DNA of 64,000 nt, from NCBI GenBank assembly GCA_030704615.1, contig CM060732.1, forward strand, positions 29,698,001 through 29,762,000, read 5' to 3'. The notes below the pieces were generated by a model, which worked only from the letters and a program-made list of their open reading frames with translations, did not search any database and had not been told where the DNA came from. This DNA comes from Takakia lepidozioides (taxonomy: Eukaryota; Plantae; Bryophyta). Shown here piece after piece: positions 37,063-50,586 of this stretch. Each line of letters starts with the position of its first letter. Position 1 is the stretch's first letter. A program made the position numbers and the translations under genes.

Positions 37063-40000
37063 TGTGAAACTATCCATCAAATCCCAGGGGAATTCATCCC
37101 GTCATTTCAATGATCTGGTCAAATTGCGAAATCACCCGAGCCCAATAAAAAAATAAAAAATAAAAAACCTCCAAGAAAATACTATAATCTCCCCAAAATA
37201 TATGGTGAAAATGTACCATTTTTGGTGTGTGGATACGCCATAGTTATGTAAGGTTTTATTTTATGGATGTTACTTGGTAGGTGGCGAGGGGAAATTTACC
37301 TGCCAGGATAAGAATTTTTTGAGTTAAAAAAAAGCTATATGTGGGAAGTTAAGGGTTAAACAATTTTTATTTTTTTTCTGAAAGAGAAACAGTTTTACCC
37401 TCAAGAGGCAAATTTATTATGGAGGATTGCAAAGCAGGGCCTGGCATGGAGTGGATGACATACAAATTTTCAAAAGAATAGTTGCTATACAGTCCACAAC
37501 TTGTCCCCACTTATCTACACCATAGATTATATACTAAACTTGCAGGGAGAAGTGGATCTTATTTTACGCCCACTTCAGCCATCCACACAGAACTTACAAG
37601 GCTTATTAAAAAACAATTCCCAAAAGGGCAGGACCTAGAGAATTTTATAACATGTCACAAACAATGCTAAGACAACCAAACAAATGCTTAAAACCTTTTT
37701 GGTGGCTGGCATCCAAATATTTCTTTTTACATTCAGACATACAACAGGAAGATCTGGCCAAATCCCTTTTTTTTCAAGTGCATCCTATTTTTAATGTATC
37801 CTTATTCAAGCCTTCCCTACCACAGCATCCCTTGCAATCAGTCAATTTTTTGGAAAAAGTGAGGAGTGTGAGGTCACTTTGGGCAACCTGCAGACATTCA
37901 GAAACAAAGTAAGAATAGTCCCACAATCTACACCCATCGCCTCCTTCCCTTGTTTTCTTTGGAAGCAAAGCATCCAATGTGGACCATGAAAGTATCAAGG
38001 GACCACAGGAAGTGTGACAGATGGTGGATTATCAAAGAGTTGGGAGGAAAACATGTTAAACGTATGTCAAGTCAACGATGCATAGCTAAAATGCCATAAC
38101 ACTTTCTCAGGGTGCCTGAAATCTAGACAACATGGCTTTGTGCAGAGTTGGCACTTAACTATTAATCCAGGAAAACTTGAGCACAAGGTGTGGTATGCAT
38201 GAGCTGTACCAGGTGAGGCTGTTGCCTGACAAGTGCCTGGCTGATCCTGGCTGCTTCTACTGGACTCTCAGCTGCTTGAATCCTATGCACACATTCCAGT
38301 GCCAAAGGATCTGCAACTCCAGCAAACATTTGGGCCTGCAAACAGGGTATTTGATTGGAAAGTCAGCATTAATCAGAAGTAAGAGAAAAGAAAATTTACA
38401 ACGTCCGCGGGGGGCACCCAGGTCCCGTAGAGAATATGAGTTGAATAAGTCATCTCTCTTACTGGCAATCTCATACAAATTGTGGTTGATGATGAGCTGA
38501 CAGATATGTTACTATTTCTGTTACATATAATATATTAGTCCTTCTAACCTGGTTTTTGTGCTAGCTTCATTTAGCATCATATCTCTGTCTAGAGAATGCC
38601 AAATTCGTACAAAGGAGAGGATGAGGGAAAAAGAAGAGAAAAGGATAAAGACAGACATGCCAGGGGATGGAAGGAGATCACAACCTGATAGTACTGCTCC
38701 ACACTTTTCCAAAACACAATTTTTCCATCCATATTTGGCAAAGAGATAGGATGGGGGGAGAAGTTGGATAGTGCGCCATAAGGATCCCAAACTTTATAAA
38801 AGGAAATGACATCTGGAGTGTGGTAAGTGGGGATGATGCTAGCATCTATTGCGGCCGCAGCCTCCACAGCAGGGGGTGTGGGTGGCCGCACATCAGGAAT
38901 AGCTTGCAGATATCCTTCTATGAGCATATCTTGTCCTATCATAGTTTAAGCTTACTGTACGGACCTACATCCCGAGTTTATTTCTCTACCTCTTCAGTAG
39001 TTGTCCTTTTGTACAGGCAGTGGTGTGGGTATTTTGGTATAAGATCTCTGAGCTGCATGATAAATGATTCTTCGTTTATTTCTCATCTGTGTGTTGAAGT
39101 TGGGAGTTCAAAAAGAGATCTTTTTTGAGCAGCAATCAATCAGGCCTAATTCTCTAATGATTGTTGTTTGTTAAACTTTCCTGTCACATAGTTGTGAGTG
39201 CCCCTCCTTCCCATCTATATGAGAACGTTACTGCTATTTCAATGTCTATTCTTCCAGCTTAGTGGAAAAATTGTCGGCAAATGGCAAACATCAAAGGGTT
39301 GAAAATCAGGTCACACACATACCAAACCCAAAGTTACATCCTGGAGGTAGGAAATATCGGTGCTTATCTATAGTGTCTATGGTGATTGCACCCACTACTG
39401 CAAAACCACAGTGATATTGTCAGGAACTTCCAGGTAACATCTGCTTACCTGCTCAAACATGACGTCTGACAAATTGAGGGCTTGTGTCATCTCCATCATT
39501 CCCAGCTCTCCAACCGGCGATGGGGCTGTTACACCTCCAATGATCTTCGGAGCATCAAATGCTCGCACCTGTTCCAACAGAAAAAAAGCACAACCGAGCA
39601 TCTTCAGAATGTAAGCAAAACCATACTGTAATAAGTGGTTCCTAAAAAGCACTTACTAGACTGTCTTAAACTCATTAGACCATCATCAACAATCGACACT
39701 CTCTAGATTATAGCTCACTCAAATGCTCAAAGATTTATCCGGTGTCCTGAAGAAACAGCACAATGTTTCCACACATAATAGACAGCAAGTGTAGTCAACC
39801 TCCAGAAACAAACCAGACACTCTGGCTTTAAACTAAACCAGTTCAATATCCATTTTCTGCTACAATGTCCGGGGGTATTCTCATCAGGCTGAGCCTGAAG
39901 CACTGACCCTCTGTGAACCTTACAACTTAATGCACTGCTCATCAATGTTTGCAACCATGATCCTTGTAAAGTGGAAAACAGTGAAAATATCACAAAAAAT

Positions 40001-40540
40001 GCTTTTGTATAAGGTATAGGTGCAGGTGCATTTCTTGCAAGTGGATGGACTCTGTTGACATGTCCAAGTCTGAAAGCATAATGTGAAGAAGAGATCTTGC
40101 CTTGTGGATAACACCTGAAGAAATGGCAGGCGCTGAAAGCCTGCCCCCACACTCCCAGAGCACTGAGAGGAACCCCTCGGGCATAGCAATAGTCCATTAC
40201 TGCCCTGGGGGTAAGAAAGTCAAACTCACCTCCTCTACCCCTCTGGAGGCAAGCTTTGCCTGGAAATCTTCTTCATGCATAATATCATTCTGTACCCTGA
40301 GAAATCATCTTTGAAAACTACATAATACCCCCACGCTGTGCCATCACTATAGTCTGCATGGTGGAGACATCCCAAAGGTTGGCATTCTCTGGTAAGTTGG
40401 GCATCGTGACATGACAATTCGGACTGGCAGATGGCCCCCTTCTTGCCTTGTTGTCAGGCGTGGATCTGGATATGACGATATGTTCGAGAGCTATCGACTT
40501 GTGTAATTTGACACAAAAGATGACAAGGAAAGAGAATACA

Positions 40541-43500
40541 TTGTACTCATAAGACGTTGTTTGCCGTAGCCTTGTGGCCATTGACCCCGCGCCCAGTTTG
40601 AGCGGGAACAAAAAGGACAGAACCTACCTCTGTCAGGGGCTGACGTTGGTAGTACGACTTACCTTCATATATAGAATTAATCCGGGTTTTCCAGATATCC
40701 TCTAGAAATCCCTTCACACAAGCATCAATCTGCTGTGTGTGATTTGCCCAAAAACTAGGCCTCAGGAGGGCCTGAGCCTCGAGACTTTCAAAGTTGGTAA
40801 ACAGGGGTACAGGCACAATTCCCTTGATAGATTTGAAGAGAGCGTCTCTTTGGTGAGAGAACCCCGGACAGTGTATCAGAAAATGAATACTGTCTTCAGA
40901 TTGCCCACACAACGGGCAATTGCACTCTCCCTTTCCTCTCTGCTTCTGTTTGCTGTTCAAAGGTAGGCTTCCTGCCCTGAGTTTAAATTTCAGTCTAGTG
41001 CCGAGAGTGGGTAGACCCTTGAGGTCATCCAAGATGTCCTCCCCCATGTCACTGACTGGAAACAAGTTCAGGGAAGTTTTCTGCCTAACTTCATTTTCAT
41101 CAGACAATCTCATGGCAACAGACATGGCTTTGGACACTACAGCCTCTAAGTCAGATTTATCCTGCGACTACAATCAAAATTTTCGCTCCTATCAACATCA
41201 ACACTCCTCAGGGTGATTCCTGGGAATTGGTTACTTATGCCAAATCTAGGGCTTCATGTGTAGTTTTTGGGGTGAATCCCAGGATGGACGATGTGTCCTT
41301 TAAAACTACATGCTCTAGCTTAGGCTTGGATTTCATGGCTTAGACATTGGTGATTCAATGGGGCGCTCTAGGAAGACAACCAAGGGCAAGGACTTCAACT
41401 TTTGAGTTTCTAATCGGTTTGATGCTCTGGATGAGGTTGAATCCAAACAGCCAGAAGGACAAGATGCCCCTAAGTGTACGGAACCTGAACGTCCTGAATC
41501 GGAAGGATTTGGTACACTGAATGGTTTACCAATCCTCAAGGTTTACACAAGACGAACAAATTCTATACACGGGGTAATTGTCCCCAAGCCGTCAGATGGA
41601 CAATCTGTCCCTAAGTGTGCAGAGCCTGAACGTCGTGTAACTGAAGGATTTGGTACTCTAAATGGTTTACCAATCCTCAAAGTCTACACAAGACGAGCAA
41701 AATCTATACACGGGGTAATTGTCCCCAAGCAGTCAGATGGACAATCTGTCCCTATGTGTGCGGAGCCTGTGCGTCGTGTAACTGAAGGATTTGGTACCCT
41801 CAATGGTTTACCAATTCTCAAAGTTTACACAAGACGAGCACAATCTACACATGGGGTAACTGTCCCCCCTTTGCAGAACGGTTGGCCGTCCAGGAGCAAT
41901 CACAAGCTACCTAGACGACAAACAATTCACATGCAAAGGGCTGGCTTGCGGCTGGCCACTTTCAACTTCCAACCAAAGGAAACAACTCGAAGTGGGACAA
42001 GTTCTTCGGACTAATGATATTCATATCTGTGCTGGGCAAGAAACATGGGAAGCATCGGATAAACTGGTTGGAGATGTCAATGGTTATAAATCGGCAGGTA
42101 AGATGTGTACTCTCAAGGCAGCCTCTGCCAAACGCGGTCAAAAAGGGGTTGGATGCTTTGTCCGTGATTTCTTGTTTGACAATTGTGAAATTATCAACAA
42201 GGGTTTGAGGTACGAGCATAGTATCTGGCTAAAACTGAATCTGAAGGGCGGCATGAGTACGAAGGACCTCTTTGTGGGTTGTGTTTACATGCCCACAGAG
42301 GGGACCCTTAGTGCTGACGCAGACAAAGCCTTCGAAGATGTAAAGCTGGACTGTGCTTCGTTCCTTGCCAAAGGTCAGGTGGTGCTATTGGGTGACTTCA
42401 ATGCCCGGGTGGGCAAAGGGCTCCATCAGGACAATATCATTGGGCCTTTTGGTGAGGACGAGCTGAATTCTAATGGCAGACGGTTAATTAACTGTCTGGA
42501 AGAGCTTCAGCTTTTGACCTTGAATAACAGGACAAGAGGTGACCAAGTGCAGTGGACTCGTGAGAAATCCCAAACTGGGGAACGTTCCATTGTGGACTAT
42601 ATCATAATGGACAAAAATTTGTTCCCCCAGTGTGCCAATGTGTTGATCGACAGAACTGATATTGGTACCTCTGACCACTTCCTGGTTTGGACTGAGATCA
42701 AAAGGTGTTTTCCCAACACCAAGAGATCTGTGAAACGTTCGATTCGGAAGTGGCGCATAGAAAAATTCCATAATGAGGAGGTCAAGGCTGAGTACGTCCA
42801 GGCCTTGCAAGAGGCTCTCCCTCATTTTGTCCAATCGCTCCAAGAACTTCAGTCTCGCTCTGACAACGCAAGAAATGAAGTCGAAAGAGCAGTGGACTCT
42901 TGGGAGAGTTTCGTTTCCTCCGTGGCTGACAAGATCATTGGGAGGAAACTAATTGTCTGCGGTAGAGCTGTTAATTGGTGGACCAATGAGATTAAACTCA
43001 AGATAGCTGAGAGACGAGCCCTCTATAAAGAGTGCTGCAATTTGAAACCAACAGAGAATTGTGGGCGAGGTACTACCAGCTCCATAAAGATATCAATCAG
43101 CTTGTTAGGTCTCAGAAGAAATTATACTGGGACAAGTTATACAGTGAAATAAACTCAAACCACCATGGTGGTAATGACAAGAAATTCTGGTTGGCCCTTC
43201 AACGTTTGTACAAGCCGAAAAACGGTCAGCAAGTACAAGCGCTGAAGATTACTAAAGGTGCAGTGGTGACTTCATCGGTTGACATTGTCAAAACCTTTGA
43301 AACTCACTACAGTATACTTGGCAGAACTTCTAGGTCTAACAGTGAGGGGTCTTCTGCTGAATGGAGGGACACAGTTGGAAAAACTGTTCCTATGATTCAA
43401 AACAGCCCTGATATATTTCAATGGCTTATAACGCTCCCATTAGTTCTTCTGAGATTGTGGAAGCAATTGAACATTTAAATGGATATAAAGCTGGTGGACC

Positions 43501-44717
43501 TGATGGTATTGTCAACGAGCTTATCAAGCACGGTGGTGATCCCATGATAGAGGCCCTAGTTCTCCTCTTTAACCTTATCTGGAAGACTGAAATGATCCCC
43601 TTTCGCTGGCGACAGGGGGTCATTGTCAATCTATACAAGAAGGGTGACAGAGAAGAACCGGGGAACTACCGTGGCATCACGCTCCTCAATGCTGTTGGCA
43701 AGACATTCTGCAGAGTTATAAGTACTCGTCTCGAGGTTGATCTGGAGTCTAGAGGTTGTTTCCACGAAGGCCAAGCTGGCTTTCGGCGAAACAGGGGCTG
43801 TGTGGATCATATCTTCACTCTAAGCCAGATTATCCAGGGAAGGAAAAAAGAAGGGAAACCCACTTATGTTTTTTTCCTGGATGTCAAAAAGGCTTATGAC
43901 ACAGTGTGGAGAGATGGCCTATGGTTCCGCCTCTGGTCTTGTGGGATCAAGGGAAAGATGTGGAGAGTTGTCCACAACTTGTATGCTCACACCAAAAGCT
44001 GTGTCACTGTTAACGGACAGAAGTCCAACTTCTTTGACATAGACCAAGGTGTAGCTCAAGGATGTACTCTCTCCCCTCTGCTCTTCAATGTTTTCATCAA
44101 TCAACTCCTCGATGATGTGGAAAGTGAGGGATTTGGGTTAAGGGTGGGTAATACCACCATACCAGCCCTTATGTTTGCGGATGACTTCGCAGGCATAGGG
44201 GAGACTCCAACCAATCTCCAGGAGTTGATTGATTGCGCGAAGAGATACTTTGATCTTTGGGGGCTAGAGGCTAATGTCAGCAAATGTGCAGTGGTAGCAT
44301 TCAACGACAGAGGAGAGGGAGGAAGTGATCTTAAGTGGCAGTGGGGTAGCCAAGAGATCCCGGTCCTCCCTTCCTACACTTACCTGGGCGTTGAGTTTTC
44401 CTCCAATTGTAATTGGGATGCACATATCCGGAAAGTTGTTCAAACTGGCAAGGGCAAAGCTCTGGGGCTCACTAAATTTTCCACTGCAGAGGGGTCAACT
44501 CTGAGGTTAAGAAAACCATGCTTTGTCGCGTTATTAGACCTGCCTTGGAGTACGGATCTGCAATATGGGTTGATAACTCCAACCAGGCTAAGTCTCTAGA
44601 ATCCATTCAAGTGGGGGTGCTTAAGGAGAGTATGTCAGCATGCTCCAAAACAGCCAATGTGGCTGTTCGGGGTGAGTTTGGCATTCCGTCCTTAAGCTCC
44701 CGACGAGATGAAATCGC
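40541..44717. mobile_element. RTE/RTEX-like LINE (APE, RT, C-terminal Cys/His motif) with internal inversion, in a PyrR intron
   Basis: 15-bp TSD AGGAAAGAGAATACA (40526-40540, 44718-44732). APE (GDFNARVG, SDH) and RT (QGCTLSP, FADD) on + at ~41950-44717; C-terminus CPLC...HFLIHC and 3' end on - at 41167-40541. Confidence 0.9.
41457..41870 (+). repeat. Three 141-bp (47-codon) tandem repeats in the LINE N-terminal coding region
   Basis: Units start at 41457, 41598 and 41739; each encodes EGFGTLNGLPILKVYTRR. Confidence 0.85.
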
Positions 44718-46242
44718 AGGAAAGAGAATACAGTGCAAAGGAAAGAGAAGATTGTGAACAGAAAACAGGGGCCCCCAATAACCAGCCACCAGGCTCATAG
44801 AACTGCAATTCCTCCTAAAGTGATTTGCTGATTTAAAGAGCATTGTGTAAATACAGTGCATAACAAGGCAAAATCCATGCGGGAAACCAAACCTCCCAAA
44901 ACACAGTAATACTGACCAGCTTCACTACAATCTAGTTAAAGGCAAACCATCATGCCGAACAGTATTTCCTCCCACAATGATAGCATCACTCTGGGCTCGA
45001 GTTGCAAACACTCGCTGCCACTAGGCAGCTTACCAGACACCCACGATGCATGTCCAGTGCTTGCAGCAATCTTTCCTGCTCCAAACCCACATCCAACTTG
45101 TAGGGTGTATCATCTTTACAGCACAAAACTCAATTGGTGGAGCCACTTTGGCGTTTCTTTCTGATCAATCAATAAAGATTGTTAAGCATCAACTCAATCT
45201 CTGAGACTCCTTAATTTGACAGAAAGGGTGGAGCTTACCATCAAGAGTCATGGCATACTTTAAAACAGAGTAAGGAATATGATATGCAGCCCTGTAAGCA
45301 ATAGGGGCATTCACAACCTGACATGCCTTAAGAGCTTCCTGCATTTGACCAACAGGAGTAAGGCATCATCAGTACAATAAAGTCCGATCACCTCACCAAA
45401 GCAATGCCAACATTCAATTTGAGACTGAGAACTCAAGGACCAGACCTAACGAGTAAATCTTCCGCCTGAAATGTTCATAGCAGGAGTGCCTAAATATTCT
45501 CTCCCCAAAAACTGTTGGAAAATCGTATTCAAAGTTCACAAGACTTTCCAACAATCTACCAGATATTAGAGCTGTGACCAGCACACTTTTGTCATGCATC
45601 CCTAAATGGGATCACCTCAAATTTCCTCAAACAGATAGCTCACCACTGATGAGAGTTCACTTCACTCTAGGCTGATTTTGTACCAAACCTAACCTCTCAT
45701 AGCCAGTGTTGTTGATTGGGAAGGAGGTCGAACATGTTAGTTTTTTTGTGAGGTTTATAGTTATACTCTCAATGTTTGAAATGGTCGTTTGTCTAACGTT
45801 TGGAATTGGTTTATCTTCGTTGTAGGTACGTCGATGCAGGTGACGCGTATATCAGATAATAGTTTGCTTGGTCTGGACTCCGAGACGGAGTTGATTTCGG
45901 GAATGTTGGAGGGTTTGCAATATAACAACTTGGCTGCACAAATGGTTGACATGTTGAGCCTTATTTTCCGTATTGATAAGAAGCTAATGTTTGCGTTTCG
46001 CTGGCGAAACCCAACTGTTGGGTGGTTATTGGGGATATTCTACACACAATGTTTTAGTGGGGTTCATATATTGGGGTTTTAATGCCACATTGTTTACGGG
46101 GACTTCCACTCAACTGTCAGTATTACTTTATAACGTACCTAGGAAGCTCAAAGAGCTTATGGGACAAGAGGAAGCAAGAAACAAGAAAGAGAGAGGAGTA
46201 ATAAGCAGCCAAAAAGCAACTATTGCTCCAAGAGTCAAGGCT

Positions 46243-46512
46243 TCATGCAGGTGGGCTGCCAAGCATTTCTGATCCTCGCAATGGAAGATCGCCCGTGGGA
46301 GATTGGGTATCCTGGAATAGACAGTTGAATCTCCCACGGATCTCATAGTAGACAGGGCAGTGAAAGAAGAAATGTTCTTCACTATCAATTTCCCATTTGT
46401 TCCCCAGCGCACGTGTGTAGATCCTGGACTTGGTCCTGAGTTCCTTCAGCCTGAACCCCAATGCCCTCAGAAGAAAGGGAGAAGAGCTGCACAGGTGATA
46501 GGCCATCGCCAC
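46243..46512 (-). mobile_element. 3' fragment of another LINE
   Basis: SEEHFFFHCPVYYEIRGRFNCLF resembles a non-LTR C-terminal Cys/His motif. Confidence 0.55.
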
Positions 46513-48699
46513 GGAGAACCAAGAATGTCTACCGGTAGAACTGCAGTTATGTTGTTAGAGTGGGTGGTTCCATAAGTTCTCTTCTGATGCAGGGATGAGA
46601 GATAGTGCAATTAACCTCCAGAGCCACAGTTACCTACTTTCATCAAAAGCCAATCCTGCATGCTAAGTTTCACCAGACCCAGCTGCGGATAACATAGTGA
46701 GCAATATCACACAGGACTATTACCTGTGTGAGTGCAAGCACTGCACTATCATCACCATCACAGTCTCCAGGCTCCAGATTTAACTATGCTGTCGCCCCCC
46801 TGGCATATTCCCCAGCTCTCTCTACTGCCTGCATTTTGGCGCTCTTTGTACCTTGGGCACAGAGAAAGCCTTCACCAACCACCCGTGAACCATGTGCTAT
46901 CACACAACCAGAATTCGGATGAGGGGCAGTTAAACCAGCTGACGATCCCGCCAGCTCTGCGGCCCTCCTCAAATGCTGGGAGTCCAACACCGCAAATTGG
47001 GAGCTGTGCTGAACATGCGGTCACACAATGGGCTTGCATATGCATGCTGGATAGGAGGGCAACGCCCTGCCCCCTTAGTACCCTTTCTTTTCTTGGTTCT
47101 CCAATCTTCATAAGCTCCCAGGTTGCTTGTCTGCTAGCTTGTGATACCCACATCAATAATTGTTAAGTTAACAAAAGCATGCGTGATTCGCATCTCGAGG
47201 GTTGACAAGAAAGAAAACCAAGGACAGACCTGCGCTCACCTCTCTGTTTCAAAAATGCTGGGGCACCAATTGTTTTTGATGTATCAACATTCAAGTAGAT
47301 GCCGACTGATGATTTGGCCATGCTTGTCTGTCAAACAATCAGTGGAAACCTTTTTTGAAATGTGTCATTTTGAAATTCAGTGCAACGAAAAGGCAAAAAA
47401 CCTACGTCCACACAAAGTGCATTGTAAATTTAGCGACTCCCTGTTACTTGCAACTGTTATATCATCACCTCTCTTGAATTAGCATGAACACTCAACTTCA
47501 ATCATGTGACAGGATGAAAGGGCCTACCAATTTAGTGAGAATTGATGAGTTAGAAATTCCAGAAGTTGCGATGAAGGCCTTGCACTTCGGACCAAACACA
47601 AATCCTCCTCCCCCCACACCCTTCCTGCCGTATGCATCACAAAGTAATATGATCGCTGGAGAATCCATATCCCGAAAGTCTAAACACCAATGTAAGTTGC
47701 CTTGAGCTGTTCGCACCTCCACTCATGGCTGTTATCCTCATAATCTGCACACTCACAAATGGAGTTGTTTCAACAGATTCTCACATGCTGCCAGCAGCAA
47801 GAGTATGATGAGAGAGAGCTGAAGGATTACATGCACAGATTGGATGGATTGCATCCATGGCTGAGAGTTGAACTATGCCATCCCTGAAGGACAAGTAGGT
47901 TGGCATCTCATGTAACAGCCAGTGTGTGACTGTTTTGACTGACCAAGCTCATAAGCGCATGTTACAAAGTGTCTCCCCTCTATTGGTCAGCTTCCCTAGA
48001 AAATTGGAATATGGAGAACCCAGCAGAAACATAAAACCAGGGCAAGAACATACAAAGGGAGTCCAGTCAGACAAGCGTCGACGCAGATGGAGGACAGGAA
48101 AATCAGCAGCTGCTGTTGGAGGCAGTGATGATGGTGGCCCCAAATTTCGGTCCTGTTTGAGTTTGTGTAGTTCAGACAATACTGCTGCCCGGTACCTGAC
48201 TTGCAAACCAAAACCCAGAAGAGATTGGGTGACACTGGTGCAGCAAAAAGGTGTCCAAAAGGTTGAGGTCTTACCAACTATTGTGCACATGGGAGTGGGT
48301 GTTACACTAGCTGACCTTAAACTAGTTTGACATTGATATTCGGCCACAATGGACCGGATGTGTGACATTGCCAGATCTGAGGGACAAAGGTGTTCAGGCT
48401 GTGGTCAAGCTACACAGAATTGAAAAAGGAGATGGCACTGAAGTCATGATCCTGCCCTGCTTGCATTAAGAGTTGTCAGTATCTAATTTCTGAACTGCCT
48501 GTTAATATCCTAGTCACCATGCAATCACATTTTCACATTTACAAGTATGCAGGGCCTCAGACAGTAAAGTCACTACTTAGACAGGGACAAAAAAAAAACA
48601 AAACAAAGATCTAAAACATGGCTTCACCTATGAGAACAATTACCCACAAGGCAGTGTATCTTTCTAAGATATAGAACTTCTATTAAACATCTGTATTTG

Positions 48700-49130
48700 A
48701 ATTTATTATTGACAGTAAAATGCTAAACAAATGTGCTTTCTGATATTTTGAGATCAAAATAATTTCAAATGTAGGAATAAATTGAATTTTTGATGGTACA
48801 ACGCATCTGAAAATGAAAATGAAAGAGTGGGTATGAATCATAATGACAAAAGCCAAACTAGAAAACAAAACGGTGTATTTTTTGATCGTTTGAAATCAAG
48901 ATAATTTGAAATGTAACAATAAATTGAATTTGAATTTGTGTTTGATAGTACAATGCATCTGAAAATGAAAAGATGGGTATGGACGTATGGACCCAATAAC
49001 GGCAAAAAGCCAAAAAGGGGAAAAAGTGTATTTTTTGATATCTTACAATTAAAATAGTTTGAAACGTAAGAATAAATTAAATTTGAGCTTGTGTTTGACA
49101 TTTTGAATTTGATTTGAATTCATGTTTGAC
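48700..49130. repeat. Degenerate AT-rich tandem repeat, ~3 units of ~145 bp
   Basis: Recurrent ATAATTTGAAATGTA..AATAAATTGAATTT at ~48756, 48898 and 49051. Confidence 0.6.
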
Positions 49131-49456
49131 AATAACGCAGGGTCTTTATTTTAATTTACATCCCCCTTTAAAAACAAACTACAGAAATAGATATCTTGGC
49201 TAAAAGGAAGCAGGCCTAGATTTGATCATCCATTGAAATTTGGATAGAATCATCTTCTTATATACTTTCATCCATTGGTATCATCCATATTTGGTGAATT
49301 CATCCATTATTTATTTATTTTTGGAAAATTTTGGCGATTTCATCCATTAAAAAACAGACCAAATTATTCATTTTATATTTCGAGGTCGAAATTTGGTGAT
49401 AAATCGCCAAAAATAAAACTTTGTAACGCTGTGAGAAAAAAAATGTGGGTATGAAC

Positions 49457-49740
49457 CAGTGTTGGCCGGGTATTACATTTTGGGCATATTGAAGGGTCCG
49501 GGTAAAGCATCTTCGTTTAAAATGTTATGGAGGCGGTTATATATAATGTAGTGTTTTGAAAATTAAGGCGGTTAGAGGTTATCAATAGAAGGGTCCCAAA
49601 AAAAGGTGTCCCCCTTATCAATATGCCGGTTAGGCCCCGGCCGCACCTGCCGGTTAGCTAGCAGGTCTGGCAGGAACCTCGACGGTGGCCGCACCTGGCT
49701 ACTAACAAACCGTCGCGCGGCAGTTTGTTAGCAGGAGCGC
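49457..49740 (+). mobile_element. Left end of a hAT-like element
   Basis: CAGTGTTGG is the inverse of the ends at 137-145 and 4627-4635; GCGGTT/CCGGTT subterminal motifs follow. Confidence 0.5.
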
Positions 49741-50586
49741 AAAAAAAAAAAATTTGGGCTGCCCGCCCGTCTTCCCGCGGCTATGGTGGACGGAGCCCGT
49801 GGGAGTGCTTGACGACCCAGGCCCTGCCGCGTTCAGACTGTTGTTCCAGTGGAAGGTCAGTTTGAGAGACTTGTGCTATCTTTTTGTCAATGACAAGCGA
49901 TCACCAACTGCGAAAGGCTGCAGGGAAGAGGGAGCTGTGGTGCTTGGTGCCTGTAGAGTTCACAGCGATTTGATGCTAGAAGACAGCAAAAGGCCTTCCT
50001 GAGTCGCAAAGGTGAGAATTTTTTCTGGAATTGCTCCATGCAGGTTTCTCCCTGTTTTGACATGCGTGCTTGGCTGGTCGATCCCTTTTTGAAATGTCTT
50101 TCAATGTCTGATGATGCTTAAACATCATCAATGCCTCGACCTTTTGGTCTTGAAGAGCCTGTTCAAGTTTATGTGTCCAGTGGAGGGAACACAATGATAT
50201 TGCACAAGCTCCTTCTGGGCCCACCAGCTGCTGCACACAAGCCCTTTGTAGAAGAGACTGTTTTACAGACAACTCTGATCTGTCCAAACTCTACGTTTTA
50301 TCCATTGCGTTTGTTCAAATAGTTGGAGGGCCTCCCTACCACACCCATGCTGAGCATAGCCTGCAATAATGATACTCCATGAGACTACATTTTCATTTAC
50401 ATTTTCATGCTCCATACTGTGGATCAAGCTAAGTTAGTGATGTATGATATCCATCTTGAGATGTGTTCTCAAGCATTGGAATGCTCATATCTACAGGGTT
50501 CATTGTCAAAGTTGGAGTCATAGAAGATGCCAATCTAAATACTGCCCTAGTAGAGGTGTTGCTGGTTCTTGAGTTCAGACTTCAAT

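Larger units (their letters stand above)
38210..47110 (-). pseudogene. PYRR: Riboflavin biosynthesis PyrR (deaminase-like, reductase and NADAR domains), disrupted
   Basis: Exon remnants TAPHPNSGCVIA, KYAMTLDG|KIAASTGHASW, SDAIIVGGNTVR, LWECGG.LSAPAISSGVIHK, APKIIGG, FYKVWDPYGALSNFSPHPI. TAG at 46784-46786, frameshifts near 45020 and 40150-40410; terminal exon not found. Confidence 0.85.

Noticed and set aside
47949-48368. 139-aa ORF upstream of PyrR as a possible first exon
   Set aside because: No recognisable homology or supported splice path.
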